From an uncultured Gammaproteobacteria bacterium (GTDB lineage Bacteria > Patescibacteriota > Patescibacteriia > JAHIZJ01), in NCBI GenBank assembly GCA_964594455.1, contig CAZQLY010000005.1, forward strand, positions 1,682-65,681: a stretch of 64,000 nt of DNA. The letters run 5' to 3'. The translations under genes were made by a program, and so were the position numbers. A model generated the notes under the pieces. The model was not told the DNA's origin and did no database searches. It saw only the letters and a program-made list of their open reading frames with translations. This document shows, piece after piece, positions 20,493 through 30,002 of the stretch; the first letter of the stretch is position 1; each line of letters opens with the position of its first letter.

Positions 20493-23030
20493 TTACATTT
20501 TTGATTCGGAGCCCATAGCCGTATCAGCTGACGTGCTCGGAGCACCTAGTTTGCTTCGTTCGCTTATTTCCGTTTCAACGATGCTTTTTTTTTGGCCATA
20601 CTTCATACGTGACATCTCTCTTAACCGAACAGCCAACTCTTTGTCACCTGGTACTGGCGGCAATGTCTGCATATTGAAGGCTCGAGCCGGCTGATTGTCG
20701 ATCAGCAGCTTAACATACGCGTTGTATTTTTCGATATTTTGGGCATCGTATTCATTAAATACCGGCGCAAATATCTTTCCGACGGTTTGAGCGTCTTCAA
20801 CTCCCACCTTGAACGATATAATTGTTCCGGCATTACCCAGAACCGCATCGCGTATTTTGGTATCACTCCCCTGAACCAGCTGGCCGATGTATTGATGACC
20901 AAAAATAAGATTTAGCCGATACTTCCTGGCCTCGGACAATATTGTAGCAATGCTGTCAGTAATAAAATTCTGAAACTCGTCTATATAAAGATAGAAATCG
21001 GGTCGTTGCTCTTCAGGTAGTCCGGCTCGGGCCAAAGCAGCCATTTGTAACTTTGAAACAATTATCAGCCCCAGAAGCTGGCTATTGACTTCTCCGGTTT
21101 TGCCCTTAGACAAATTCACCAACAAGATCTTGCGTTTGTTCATTATATCTTTAAAACTAAAGCCCGAGTGAGACTGCCCGATGATATTTCTCATCATTTC
21201 GTTTTCTACGAATCGCCCTACTTTTGAAATCAGATAACCCAGCATTTCTGATTTATGAAAATCAGTGGTCTTAGCCATTTCTTTTTCCCAGAAGTTTCGC
21301 ACCACCGGGTCTGTGACTTTGGCTAGCCGCTGTCGCTGATAGGCCGGGTCGGTAAACATCCGCGGTATTTCAACGATCGTACCGGGCCGCTCTCGATCCG
21401 CCATCAAGGTTAGCATGACGTTTCTCATATTATGTTCAAACATCGGCCCGATCATTTCTGGCGGGAATAATTTATAGAAAATCGCGATCATTTCCTGAAC
21501 CGCGAAATCTCTTTCTTCTGGCGTTTCAGCTTCAAGCATATTCAAACCAATCGGACGCTCCAGGTCAGAAGGGTTGAATAATATTAGGTCTTCCATTCTC
21601 TCTTTTGGAATATGGCTTAGTATGTCTTCAATTAAATCACCGTGCGGGTCAACTACACATACGCCTTCGCCGTTCTGAATATCCTGAATGGCCATATTGT
21701 TTAACAAGACTGACTTACCCACCCCGGACTTACCGAGCATATAGACGTGTCGGCGCCGATCATCTTTTTTTATCTTTACCAAGACCTCTCGACCACGATA
21801 TTCACTTTTACCTAAAACAATACCCTCAGTAGGAAGACTTACGGGTGGAGCCGAACGCTTGGCTAAAGACCAGCGGATATTTGGGGTTTCTGTTTCAGCT
21901 AGAGGTAAATGGAAGATGCTAGTTAATTCTTCGCTATTTAAAATAAATCTGTTTCGATTATTAAAGTTCCGGTAGATAAAATCGTGCAAAAATCTTTCTT
22001 TTCGTAAAAGCCTGACTTTGCGAAAACCATTGCCTACCTCCTGGGCAGTATATTGGGAAAAAGTATTCACAATATTATCCAAATACACCTGGGCCCGATC
22101 TGAATCTTGGGCTGAGACTACGATCCTGATATTAGTTTCAAAGGCAAATTTGCTGGCTTTTTCCCCTACCGATTTTATTTTTTCTTCTTCCATCGGCGAC
22201 ATACGATACATGCGTTCTTTTTCCAATTCTTTCTGCTCTTGATCCTGGCTGGGGAAAGCTGACTTCATGACTTCGTTCATCACCCCACCGCTATCACCCT
22301 TGCCTCTGATAATCTTCCTAGCATAGGCCTGGGCTTTGGATTGCCAGCCAGCCGGAGCGGGCCTAATCAAAATCTGTATGGCCGCACCTTCTGGTTCGCT
22401 AATCTTACTTAAGACATTTGTCAGAGCGCTCATTGGATCAGCTTCCATCTTGGCATATGTACGAATGGGAAATAAATTTGACTTAGTCAGCTTCAAATAA
22501 CAACCTTGGATAATTCCCTGAGGTGAAAAGATGTTATAATCCTCAGCTTCATCTATTTCTGCTTCCGGGTAGATCGCATGTATTTGCTGTTCCACAAACT
22601 GCTGATGCTTGCGCGGTACGGCAAAGAAAAAAGAAACAAATCCTTGATAGGCTACAATTTCTACCCCGATATGATCCTGCCTGCCATAAAACAATCGATA
22701 ATACCATTTCTGCCTGATGATACCTCCGAGATTGGCATAGAGAGATTCGGCCACTGACATCATTTCTTTTATTCCGCCTTGAGAACGTTGGGTCTGTTCT
22801 TCTAATTCTAAATGTTCTTTGGGTACTGTGACCAACAACACTACGCGCTGAAAAGCATCGGGCAGCTTACCCGAAGAGATCAATATCTTTCGTAAGATGT
22901 AAACCAGTCCACCCAAAGCCACTAGAACCCCTAAGCCGATGAGTAGGCCAAACATAATATTATTGCCGGCTTCAGAATCAACACCGGCAGCATTTGTAAC
23001 ATTGGGTAGGGTAACTAAGAGAGTTAGCAT
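20493..23030 (-). CDS. VirB4/TraD/HerA-FtsK-like ATPase (DUF87 / TraM-recognition type)
   Basis: RRRHVYMLGKSGVGKS (Walker A), VDPHGDL, LYIDEFQNF (Walker B) and LSEARKYRL..GHQY. N-terminal TM. Confidence 0.88.
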   Translation of the reverse strand: MLTLLVTLPNVTNAAGVDSEAGNNIMFGLLIGLGVLVALGGLVYILRKILISSGKLPDAFQRVVLLVTVPKEHLELEEQTQRSQGGIKEMMSVAESLYANLGGIIRQKWYYRLFYGRQDHIGVEIVAYQGFVSFFFAVPRKHQQFVEQQIHAIYPEAEIDEAEDYNIFSPQGIIQGCYLKLTKSNLFPIRTYAKMEADPMSALTNVLSKISEPEGAAIQILIRPAPAGWQSKAQAYARKIIRGKGDSGGVMNEVMKSAFPSQDQEQKELEKERMYRMSPMEEEKIKSVGEKASKFAFETNIRIVVSAQDSDRAQVYLDNIVNTFSQYTAQEVGNGFRKVRLLRKERFLHDFIYRNFNNRNRFILNSEELTSIFHLPLAETETPNIRWSLAKRSAPPVSLPTEGIVLGKSEYRGREVLVKIKKDDRRRHVYMLGKSGVGKSVLLNNMAIQDIQNGEGVCVVDPHGDLIEDILSHIPKERMEDLILFNPSDLERPIGLNMLEAETPEERDFAVQEMIAIFYKLFPPEMIGPMFEHNMRNVMLTLMADRERPGTIVEIPRMFTDPAYQRQRLAKVTDPVVRNFWEKEMAKTTDFHKSEMLGYLISKVGRFVENEMMRNIIGQSHSGFSFKDIMNKRKILLVNLSKGKTGEVNSQLLGLIIVSKLQMAALARAGLPEEQRPDFYLYIDEFQNFITDSIATILSEARKYRLNLIFGHQYIGQLVQGSDTKIRDAVLGNAGTIISFKVGVEDAQTVGKIFAPVFNEYDAQNIEKYNAYVKLLIDNQPARAFNMQTLPPVPGDKELAVRLREMSRMKYGQKKSIVETEISERSKLGAPSTSADTAMGSESKM

Positions 23031-23032
23031 GA

Positions 23033-23566
23033 TTAATCTTTATGCTGCTTGATAGCAATGATTTTATCAGTTTTGATTTTGGCTTCCTGTTCTAAGAAAT
23101 ACTTATTCATTCCGGGGATCAACCTTAACCAATTTTTGATAACCGATAAAATATTTTTTACTCTTATCTTAGTTTCTTGAAGTAAGGTTTCAATTTTGCC
23201 TGCAGCCTCTTCACCAGCTTTTTTAAATCTTTCTCTCTCCTCTTCGCTCATTTGCAAATATATGTCTTTAAGATCCTCCTCCAATATGGTTTCCACCTGT
23301 TGGTAGGTTTCTGATTTGGCGGGAGATTGAACTGGTGTTTGGGCTGGGGTGGGCGTCGTCTGACTGGGAGCTTCTTTAGACTCTTCAATTTTTTCGGCTG
23401 TGCGTTCTGGCTCGGGTTCTTGTTCAGTTTTCGTTTCAACAGGCTTTTCTATTTCAACATGCCGGGGCTGTTCACTGGGTTGCTCCGGCCGCTTTCCTGC
23501 TTCACCAAAAATATCTTCTACTTTTGGTTTATTTTCTTTTTCTTTATTGGGATCCATTTTTTTCAT
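23033..23566 (-). CDS. Hypothetical protein (disordered N-terminus, conserved-looking C-terminus), directly upstream of the ATPase
   Basis: C-terminal WLRLIPGMNKYFLEQEAKIKTDKI; 2 nt gap to the ATPase gene. Confidence 0.75.
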   Translation of the reverse strand: MKKMDPNKEKENKPKVEDIFGEAGKRPEQPSEQPRHVEIEKPVETKTEQEPEPERTAEKIEESKEAPSQTTPTPAQTPVQSPAKSETYQQVETILEEDLKDIYLQMSEEERERFKKAGEEAAGKIETLLQETKIRVKNILSVIKNWLRLIPGMNKYFLEQEAKIKTDKIIAIKQHKD

Positions 23567-23623
23567 TTATAGTATATCACAATATCGCCATTTTTACAAG
23601 TTAGATGTTTATCAGCTTTGGTA

Positions 23624-23652
23624 TTGACAAAACGGTTTCCTTGTGATATTAT
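23624..23652 (+). promoter_or_regulatory. Sigma70 promoter for orphan lipoprotein gene
   Basis: TTGACA-N17-TATTAT with extended -10 TG. Confidence 0.65.
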
Positions 23653-23709
23653 GCTTGGTTACTGTGGGCTAGATGCATTGATTTCAACTCCCGGAAGGAG
23701 GGATTCAAA

Positions 23710-24288
23710 ATGTACCGGAAGAATCATTTTTCGTTCTTTGTTTTCGTCTTCGGCGCAGCCCTTCTTCTACAGGGTTGCGCTGGTGGCATTCGTGGTTTCG
23801 CCGCAATCGGAATCAATCCAGTTGGCCTCTTCTGTGGCACCACCCTGACCATCAAAGACGGGCAGTACTATCGGTATCTGTCCGACGAGCAGATCAGCGA
23901 GGAAGGTAACCTTACCACCTACGCGGTCAAGCCGATCGGCACGATCCGGAGACGACTGGACTTTGGTGTTCGACCTGATCCTCCGCATGGCATGTTCGTT
24001 TACCGCGTCGAATGGCGCAACTCACAACATGATCATTGGCGTGAGATCGGCCATCAGCGTCACGGAGACAATCCTTACCAATTCAGCATGGGGCGTCGAG
24101 CCATTGGCTCAATCCAAGCTGAGGTCAGGGTGATCTACCGTTACGCTACTGTGGCGCCATCTACATCAGGAGATATGGTCATCGTCAACTCGACTCCAGA
24201 AGACCGGAACACGATCAATCCGGACGACAAAATCGTCCACTACTTGATCCCGATCACATTCGCTCACAGCTATTGCGACCTCAACTAG
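23710..24288 (+). CDS. Orphan putative lipoprotein
   Basis: SD GGAGG; signal peptide ending LLLQG-C; has its own promoter and terminator. Confidence 0.7.
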   Translation: MYRKNHFSFFVFVFGAALLLQGCAGGIRGFAAIGINPVGLFCGTTLTIKDGQYYRYLSDEQISEEGNLTTYAVKPIGTIRRRLDFGVRPDPPHGMFVYRVEWRNSQHDHWREIGHQRHGDNPYQFSMGRRAIGSIQAEVRVIYRYATVAPSTSGDMVIVNSTPEDRNTINPDDKIVHYLIPITFAHSYCDLN

Positions 24289-24305
24289 GCCGCCTAGCCT
24301 GACTC

Positions 24306-24345
24306 GGGCGCTGAAGAATTCATTCTTTAGCGCCCTTTCTCTTTA
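24306..24345 (+). terminator. Intrinsic terminator
   Basis: GGGCGCTGAAGAAT-TC-ATTCTTTAGCGCCC followed by a T-rich tract. Confidence 0.7.
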
Positions 24346-24440
24346 TTTAAAAGGCCTTGATTTTTTTGACAAAATGTGCTACAATATAGTTATGAAGGTA
24401 AAAAAACCTTCATAGATAAAACAAAAAAGAAAAACAAAAA

Positions 24441-25367
24441 ATGAACGTAAAAACAGTCAAATACAAAGGGCTGCGTTGGGTCAGTGTTGTTAAGCCTACT
24501 AACGAAGAAATAGAGTATCTGCGCCAGAATTATAAATTCCACCCCCTAGACCTCAAGGACTGCCTTTCCCCCGCCCAACGACCCAATCTGGATAAATATC
24601 CGGATTATATGTTTATGATCCTCCTCTTTCCGGTCTTCAATAAGAAGACGCGCGAGATTAATCCTTCTGAGGTGGATTTTTTTATCGGAGAAGATTATTT
24701 AATTACTGTCCATCACAACGACTTGCCCCCTTTGGTTGACCTCTTTGACCTGTGCTCTGTTAATGATCAGGCTTTAGAAAAATATTTTCATGAAGGCATA
24801 GAAAAACTTCTTTACACTATTCTGAATTCACTGTTTCTTTATTGTTACCCCATGCTTAACCACATTAGCATGGATATCAATCAACTGGAAAAAAAGATCT
24901 TTGCTGGAGCCGAAAAAAAGATGGTCAAAGAAATTCTCGTTGTTCACCGCAATATCACAAATTTCCGCAAGATCATGCAGACTCACAAAAACGTTCTGAA
25001 GAAACTAATTGACCGCAAAGATGATAATAAATTCCGTCTTAACGGATTACTGGTTTATTTCCAGGAGCTTATTGAGGATACAAAGGATATCTGGGACACC
25101 CTGCAAGGATTCAAAGAAGCCATCGAGTCACTTCAGCAAACCAACGAGTCCTTAATTTCTTTCAGAATTAATGATATTATTAAAACACTCACGGTCATCT
25201 CAGTTGTCGCTCTGCCTATTACCCTAGTAGCTTCTATTTTTGGAATGAATGCCCAGCACATGCCTTTTATCGGGCAAGGTAATGACTTCTTGATTCTCTT
25301 AGCAATCTGTGGTGCTGCCGGAGCCAGTATGTTTCTCTTCTTCTACTATAAAAAAATGTTGAAATAA
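24441..25367 (+). CDS. corA: CorA family magnesium transporter
   Basis: FHPLDLKDCL..QRP, SIFGMN signature, two C-terminal TMs. Confidence 0.93.
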   Translation: MNVKTVKYKGLRWVSVVKPTNEEIEYLRQNYKFHPLDLKDCLSPAQRPNLDKYPDYMFMILLFPVFNKKTREINPSEVDFFIGEDYLITVHHNDLPPLVDLFDLCSVNDQALEKYFHEGIEKLLYTILNSLFLYCYPMLNHISMDINQLEKKIFAGAEKKMVKEILVVHRNITNFRKIMQTHKNVLKKLIDRKDDNKFRLNGLLVYFQELIEDTKDIWDTLQGFKEAIESLQQTNESLISFRINDIIKTLTVISVVALPITLVASIFGMNAQHMPFIGQGNDFLILLAICGAAGASMFLFFYYKKMLK

Positions 25368-25368
25368 C

Positions 25369-26361
25369 ATGGCTGAACTATTTCCCTACCTAGTAATATT
25401 CATTTTTTTAGCCGGTATTGCTTATTGGTATATCCAAAACCGCAGCACTTCATTTCCGGTTCATGCCGGCAAGACTCCTTTGTTAAACTTATACTCTCGT
25501 GATTTAACCCAACTGGCCTTGGATGACAAACTAGACCCTGTCATTGGAAGACGTCATGAGATAAAACGTGTTATACAAATACTTTCTCGGCGTACAAAGA
25601 ATAACCCAGTTCTGATTGGTGAATCTGGAGTCGGTAAAACTGCTATAGTGGAAGAATTGGCCCATGAAATAGCTACCGGCAATGTACCAGGACCTCTAAA
25701 AAGTAAGCGCGTTCTGCAACTAGATTTATCTGGATTAGTGGCAGGAACCAAGTACCGTGGTGAATTTGAAAAAAGATTAAAAGGCATCCTCGATGAAATA
25801 ATTGCTTCTCAAAGACTTATCATTCTTTTCATTGATGAGCTGCATACCCTAGCTGAAGCTGGAGAAGCAACTGGAGCAATCAATGCCGCTGACATACTCA
25901 AGCCGGCTCTGGCCCGAGGAGACCTGCAGGTAGTTGGGGCTTCAACCGGAAGGGACTACCAAAAATATATCGAGCATGATCAAACGCTAGAACGCCGCTT
26001 CCAACCCGTGCACGTCGAAGAGGCTACTCCCGAACAAACTATCGAAATCCTCAAAGGTATCCGCAGCCGCTACGAACAACACCACCAAGTTGGAATAACT
26101 AATGAGGCAATAGAGGAAGCGGTGGAAATGGCCAAGAATGTTTTACCAACCCGTACCTTCCCGGACAAAGCTATTGATATCGTTGACGAAGCCGCGGCCA
26201 AAGTTAGGCTGGAAGCAATCTCCCATCCAGAAAAATACAAAGGCGGGATATATCCTCAAATAACTCGTGAGGATATCGGTGAGGTGGTGAGAGAATGGAA
26301 AGAAGATAGCCAGGCCGTCCATGAAAACGATAAATCAAAAGCTCAAAAGAAAGACCAGTAA
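25369..26361 (+). CDS. Membrane-anchored Clp ATPase with only the first AAA+ domain (ClpC/ClpB NBD1)
   Basis: N-terminal TM; [43 protein letters not shown] and PDKAID motifs; ends after the lid. No N-domain or NBD2. Confidence 0.85.
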   Translation: MAELFPYLVIFIFLAGIAYWYIQNRSTSFPVHAGKTPLLNLYSRDLTQLALDDKLDPVIGRRHEIKRVIQILSRRTKNNPVLIGESGVGKTAIVEELAHEIATGNVPGPLKSKRVLQLDLSGLVAGTKYRGEFEKRLKGILDEIIASQRLIILFIDELHTLAEAGEATGAINAADILKPALARGDLQVVGASTGRDYQKYIEHDQTLERRFQPVHVEEATPEQTIEILKGIRSRYEQHHQVGITNEAIEEAVEMAKNVLPTRTFPDKAIDIVDEAAAKVRLEAISHPEKYKGGIYPQITREDIGEVVREWKEDSQAVHENDKSKAQKKDQ

Positions 26362-26461
26362 AGTCCTTACCCAGAAGCAAATCCATAAATATCATATTAA
26401 TAAATAAGAGCTAGTAAGAGCTCTTTTTTATTTACTAAAAAACTGATACACTAAAAGTGTT

Positions 26462-27997
26462 ATGAAATTGAAGATTTATAATACTTTAAGCCGTAAAAAA
26501 GAGGAATTCAAACCGTTAAAAAAAACAACGGTTGGTTATTATACTTGCGGACCCACAGTCTATAACTACGCCCATATTGGAAATTTCAGAACCTATATCT
26601 TTGAAGATATTCTGAAGCGCACCTTGCAATTTAATGGCTATGAAGTAAAACATGTCATGAATATTACTGATGTCGGCCATTTAACCGATGATGCAGACGA
26701 AGGTGAAGACAAGATTGAAATGGGCGCCCAGCGTGAAGGCAAAACGGCTCAGGAAATTGCCAAACATTATGCTGACGAATTCAAGTACAACCTTAAAGAA
26801 TTAAATATCTTACCGCCTGATCTCTGGCCAAAAGCCACCGAGCATATAAAAGAGCAGATAGCCTTAATCCAAAAATTGGAAAACAAGGGCTTTACTTACA
26901 AAACCAGCGATGGAATTTACTTTGATAGTTCAAAGTTCAAAGGCTATGAAAAACTGGCCAAGTTGGACGTCAAAGGCCTCCAAGAAGGTGCACGGGTCCA
27001 AAAAAACAAGGAGAAAAGAAACAGCACGGACTTTGCTCTCTGGAAGTTTTCACCCAAAGGTAAAAAGAGGCAGATGGAATGGAATTCTCCTTGGGGTATC
27101 GGCTTCCCGGGCTGGCACATAGAATGTTCAGCCATGAGCATGAAATATCTAGGCAATACTATAGACATCCACGCCGGTGGCATAGATCACCTACCGGTCC
27201 ATCATACTAACGAAATTGCCCAGTCTGAAGCCGCTACTGGCCAACAGTTTGTCAAATTCTGGGTACACGGTGATTTTTTACTAATGGAACCCACTTCACA
27301 AGTTAACCTCAACAATGCATCACTAACTTGTTTAAAGTGTGGTTATAAAAACAATATTAAAAACAGTAAAGAATTTTCAACAAAAAAGGAGTACGGGAAA
27401 GTAGTATATTCACTCAAATGCAAAAAATGCGGAAATCTAATGTCTTTGGGAGTCAAAATGGCAAAATCAGAAGGCAATTTTATCACCTTGAAAACCCTTA
27501 TTGATAAAGGTTATAATCCATTAGCTTATCGATATTTCGTTCTCCAGGCCCATTATCGTTCCAAGCTGCACTTCTCCTGGAAAGCCTTGGACGCTGCTCA
27601 GACCGCCCTGGATAAGCTTTATGACAGGGTTGCAGAATTGAAAAGCTCTAAAACGGATAAAACGCCTTTTGAGAAAAAATTCCAAGATGCCATTAATGAC
27701 GACTTAAACACTCCCCAAGCCTTAGCTGTGGTCTGGGATCTATTAAAATCAAAAACGCCAGAGGCGGTAAAAAAGAATACTCTAATTAAGTTCGATCAAA
27801 TACTGGGGCTGGGGTTAAGCAAGATTACCAAAAAGAAAGTTGTCATACCGGAAAACATAAAGAAGCTGGCCGAGCAGCGCGAGCAAGCCCGTTCCAGCAA
27901 AGACTGGCCTAAGGCTGATGATCTCAGAATAGAAATAGAAAAACTTGGCTATACTGTTGAGGATACCGCCCAAGGACCAAAGTTGTTACCAAAATAG
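26462..27997 (+). CDS. cysS: Cysteine--tRNA ligase, with a zinc-ribbon-like insertion before KMAKS
   Basis: [35 protein letters not shown] and KMAKS motifs. Confidence 0.97.
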   Translation: MKLKIYNTLSRKKEEFKPLKKTTVGYYTCGPTVYNYAHIGNFRTYIFEDILKRTLQFNGYEVKHVMNITDVGHLTDDADEGEDKIEMGAQREGKTAQEIAKHYADEFKYNLKELNILPPDLWPKATEHIKEQIALIQKLENKGFTYKTSDGIYFDSSKFKGYEKLAKLDVKGLQEGARVQKNKEKRNSTDFALWKFSPKGKKRQMEWNSPWGIGFPGWHIECSAMSMKYLGNTIDIHAGGIDHLPVHHTNEIAQSEAATGQQFVKFWVHGDFLLMEPTSQVNLNNASLTCLKCGYKNNIKNSKEFSTKKEYGKVVYSLKCKKCGNLMSLGVKMAKSEGNFITLKTLIDKGYNPLAYRYFVLQAHYRSKLHFSWKALDAAQTALDKLYDRVAELKSSKTDKTPFEKKFQDAINDDLNTPQALAVVWDLLKSKTPEAVKKNTLIKFDQILGLGLSKITKKKVVIPENIKKLAEQREQARSSKDWPKADDLRIEIEKLGYTVEDTAQGPKLLPK

Positions 27998-28002
27998 TAT
28001 CC

Positions 28003-28082
28003 GTTGTCACCCTGAATTTATTTCAGGGTCTCCAGAGCCGAAGTGGTTGTTGGAGATGCCGAAACAAGTTCGGCATGACAAC
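28003..28082. repeat. Cruciform palindromic repeat (REP/RPE-like)
   Basis: GTTGTCA CCCTGAA-TTTAT-TTCAGGG TCTCCA ... TGGAGA TGCCGAA-ACAAG-TTCGGCA TGACAAC. Confidence 0.8.
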
Positions 28083-28157
28083 CAAGAGTGGTTATAAAAA
28101 TCAAACCAAAAAAGACCTCAACCATGAGCGTCTATTTTTTATTAATTCTTAATTGAA

Positions 28158-28724
28158 TTATATATCGTATTTGAACTTTTTGTCTTTGTCCTTACCCTTG
28201 AATAAGATCATCAAAATAATCGGAGCTACGATCCAGATAAAACGGCCCAACTCACTAGTAAAGATTGTTTGGGTCAACGCAGACAGCGACTCCTCAGATG
28301 CTTCAGGTAAAAATGATAACGTGATACTGATTAGTAAACCAACGTGTAAAACGCTAAACAACATTATTTGAAAGAAGTTACCTTTAGTTTCAGACGAAGC
28401 AATTGTTTGCAGCAAGGCTGAACGTGATAAAAGGAAGAACAACAGTATGAATACACCCAAGAACAAAGAAATCTTCATGACAAAAAAGTCGTTGATGCCT
28501 ATCTCAGTGGAAAAGCTGCCTATGTAAGGCGCTGTACTAACCACTGCCAGCGACATATAGATGCTGACCAGTATTACCACGATACGGTCCCGGCCCAGGG
28601 AAATGCCATACAAAAAGGCTGAGATGATAAAAAACAGAATAATAAATAAATCCCAGGTTGGTTGGGACCAGTCTATGTTGGCAATAAAAGATGAATCTGC
28701 CGCAGCAGTGGCTGTTAAAAACAT
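28158..28724 (-). CDS. Membrane protein, CvpA (colicin V production)-like
   Basis: WDLFIILFFIISAFLYGISLGR start; about 5 TMs. Confidence 0.6.
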   Translation of the reverse strand: MFLTATAAADSSFIANIDWSQPTWDLFIILFFIISAFLYGISLGRDRIVVILVSIYMSLAVVSTAPYIGSFSTEIGINDFFVMKISLFLGVFILLFFLLSRSALLQTIASSETKGNFFQIMLFSVLHVGLLISITLSFLPEASEESLSALTQTIFTSELGRFIWIVAPIILMILFKGKDKDKKFKYDI

Positions 28725-28855
28725 TGGTTTTTATTTGAATATTAACAGTACTTTTGTATTACCTTTCTATTATAGCATAAAAACGAAAAAGAATCAACCT
28801 AAGGCAAATTAATATAATAAAAACACCTCCCAGGTGTTTTATTTTGTTAGAATAA

Positions 28856-29317
28856 TTATTTATTTGTATTCTTGGCTCGTTGAATCCCCTGCTCTTCTAA
28901 CTCCGAAGGGGTTAGTGTAGCCTGTGTTTCTTGGCCCAATACTTCACCCTCTGCATCTAAATCACGTTCCGTAACATTTATTGAATTACGATTTGGTTCT
29001 ATATCGGCTGCTTCCAGCTCAGAGGGCGGTAGCATAGGGCCGGTTGTTTCACCTAATACCCGAGCTTCTGATTCTGAAGAATCTTCCCGACTAGTAACCG
29101 GCTGACCATTAGCCTGCTGAGTCCTAATACCAAGTATTTGCCCTTGGGGGCCATTCTCAACTGGAGACAGATCAGTGGGTAAAGCTCCTAAAAAAACCAA
29201 AGCGGCTGGCCAAGCCAAGGCACCAAAAATCAACCAATTTACCTGAGTGTGATAGGGAAACTTTTTCCAGCGCTGATACCAGTTCTGTGGCTGTTTTTTC
29301 TTCTTAGCTTCTGCCAT
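28856..29317 (-). CDS. Hypothetical single-TM protein with internal repeats
   Basis: Repeats ILGI/VLGE/VLGQ and LPPSELE/LTPSELE. Promoter TTGACA-N18-TATACT (29355-29326) ends 8 nt before the ATG. Confidence 0.7.
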   Translation of the reverse strand: MAEAKKKKQPQNWYQRWKKFPYHTQVNWLIFGALAWPAALVFLGALPTDLSPVENGPQGQILGIRTQQANGQPVTSREDSSESEARVLGETTGPMLPPSELEAADIEPNRNSINVTERDLDAEGEVLGQETQATLTPSELEEQGIQRAKNTNK

Positions 29318-29397
29318 ATCAACTTAGTATAGGCTCAAATATGTTTAATTGTCAAGGATAAAAAAAGACTCCCTGAGAGCGGAGCCTTGATAGACTA

Positions 29398-29769
29398 TCA
29401 ATCGTCTTCATCGTCAACATCGATATCTGGTTCAGGTCGGGTGAGCTCGTAGGAGCTGAGGTGATCAATGATGGTGATGAAGAAGTTGGGCGCAGCAGTA
29501 CCCCTACCATAAAGAAGCCAAGTTCCATCATTACGATTGAGTAGAAAATCGTGGAAATACGATGGACCATCACTGTTGGTTACGATATGACAGCGCGAGC
29601 CTGGTGCCAAATGAGTCATCGTAACCACGAGACGCAAGACATGTCCTGGCCCATAATCGAGCCACTTCTTCTGTGCCAGGCAAACAGCTTCAATGACATC
29701 ACCTGGCGTTGGAACCGTCACCTGACCAACTTCGGTGTCTTCGACTCGTCTTTGGGGTTTATCCGTCAT
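29398..29769 (-). CDS. Orphan hypothetical protein (likely start MTDKPQ)
   Basis: GGAGG 5 nt before ATG 29769; TTGACA at 29853-29848; terminator 29388-29360. Confidence 0.6.
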   Translation of the reverse strand: MTDKPQRRVEDTEVGQVTVPTPGDVIEAVCLAQKKWLDYGPGHVLRLVVTMTHLAPGSRCHIVTNSDGPSYFHDFLLNRNDGTWLLYGRGTAAPNFFITIIDHLSSYELTRPEPDIDVDDEDD

Positions 29770-29910
29770 CATTACCTCCATAGGAAAGTGGTGTGCGACC
29801 GACAACACAAAGAACGATAGGGTATATCTTATAATATTTTTGCTTTTTGTCAATGTTTAAAAAGGTGTAAACCAATATCAACGATAGGTACTATGATATC
29901 GAAATACAGC

Positions 29911-29971
29911 TCGCTGGGCTTCCATGTCCAGCGATGAGATTCAAAGGTGTCGGAGCGTGGAAGCTCCGACA
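29911..29971. repeat. Inverted REP-like doublet downstream of dnaJ
   Basis: TCGCTGG-GCTTCCATGT-CCAGCGA and TGTCGGAGC-GTGGAA-GCTCCGACA are related hairpins in opposite orientation. Confidence 0.6.
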
Positions 29972-30002
29972 GCTATGATAATTGAGATAAAACACTAACA
30001 GC

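Noticed and set aside
20493-23030. VirB4/TraD-like ATPase as evidence of a conjugative element
   Set aside because: No relaxase, integrase or other T4SS genes nearby. Such stand-alone ATPases are usual chromosomal genes in CPR.
27281-27454. cysS insertion as a mini-intein
   Set aside because: Too short and lacks the C-terminal His-Asn splice motif; kept as a domain insertion.
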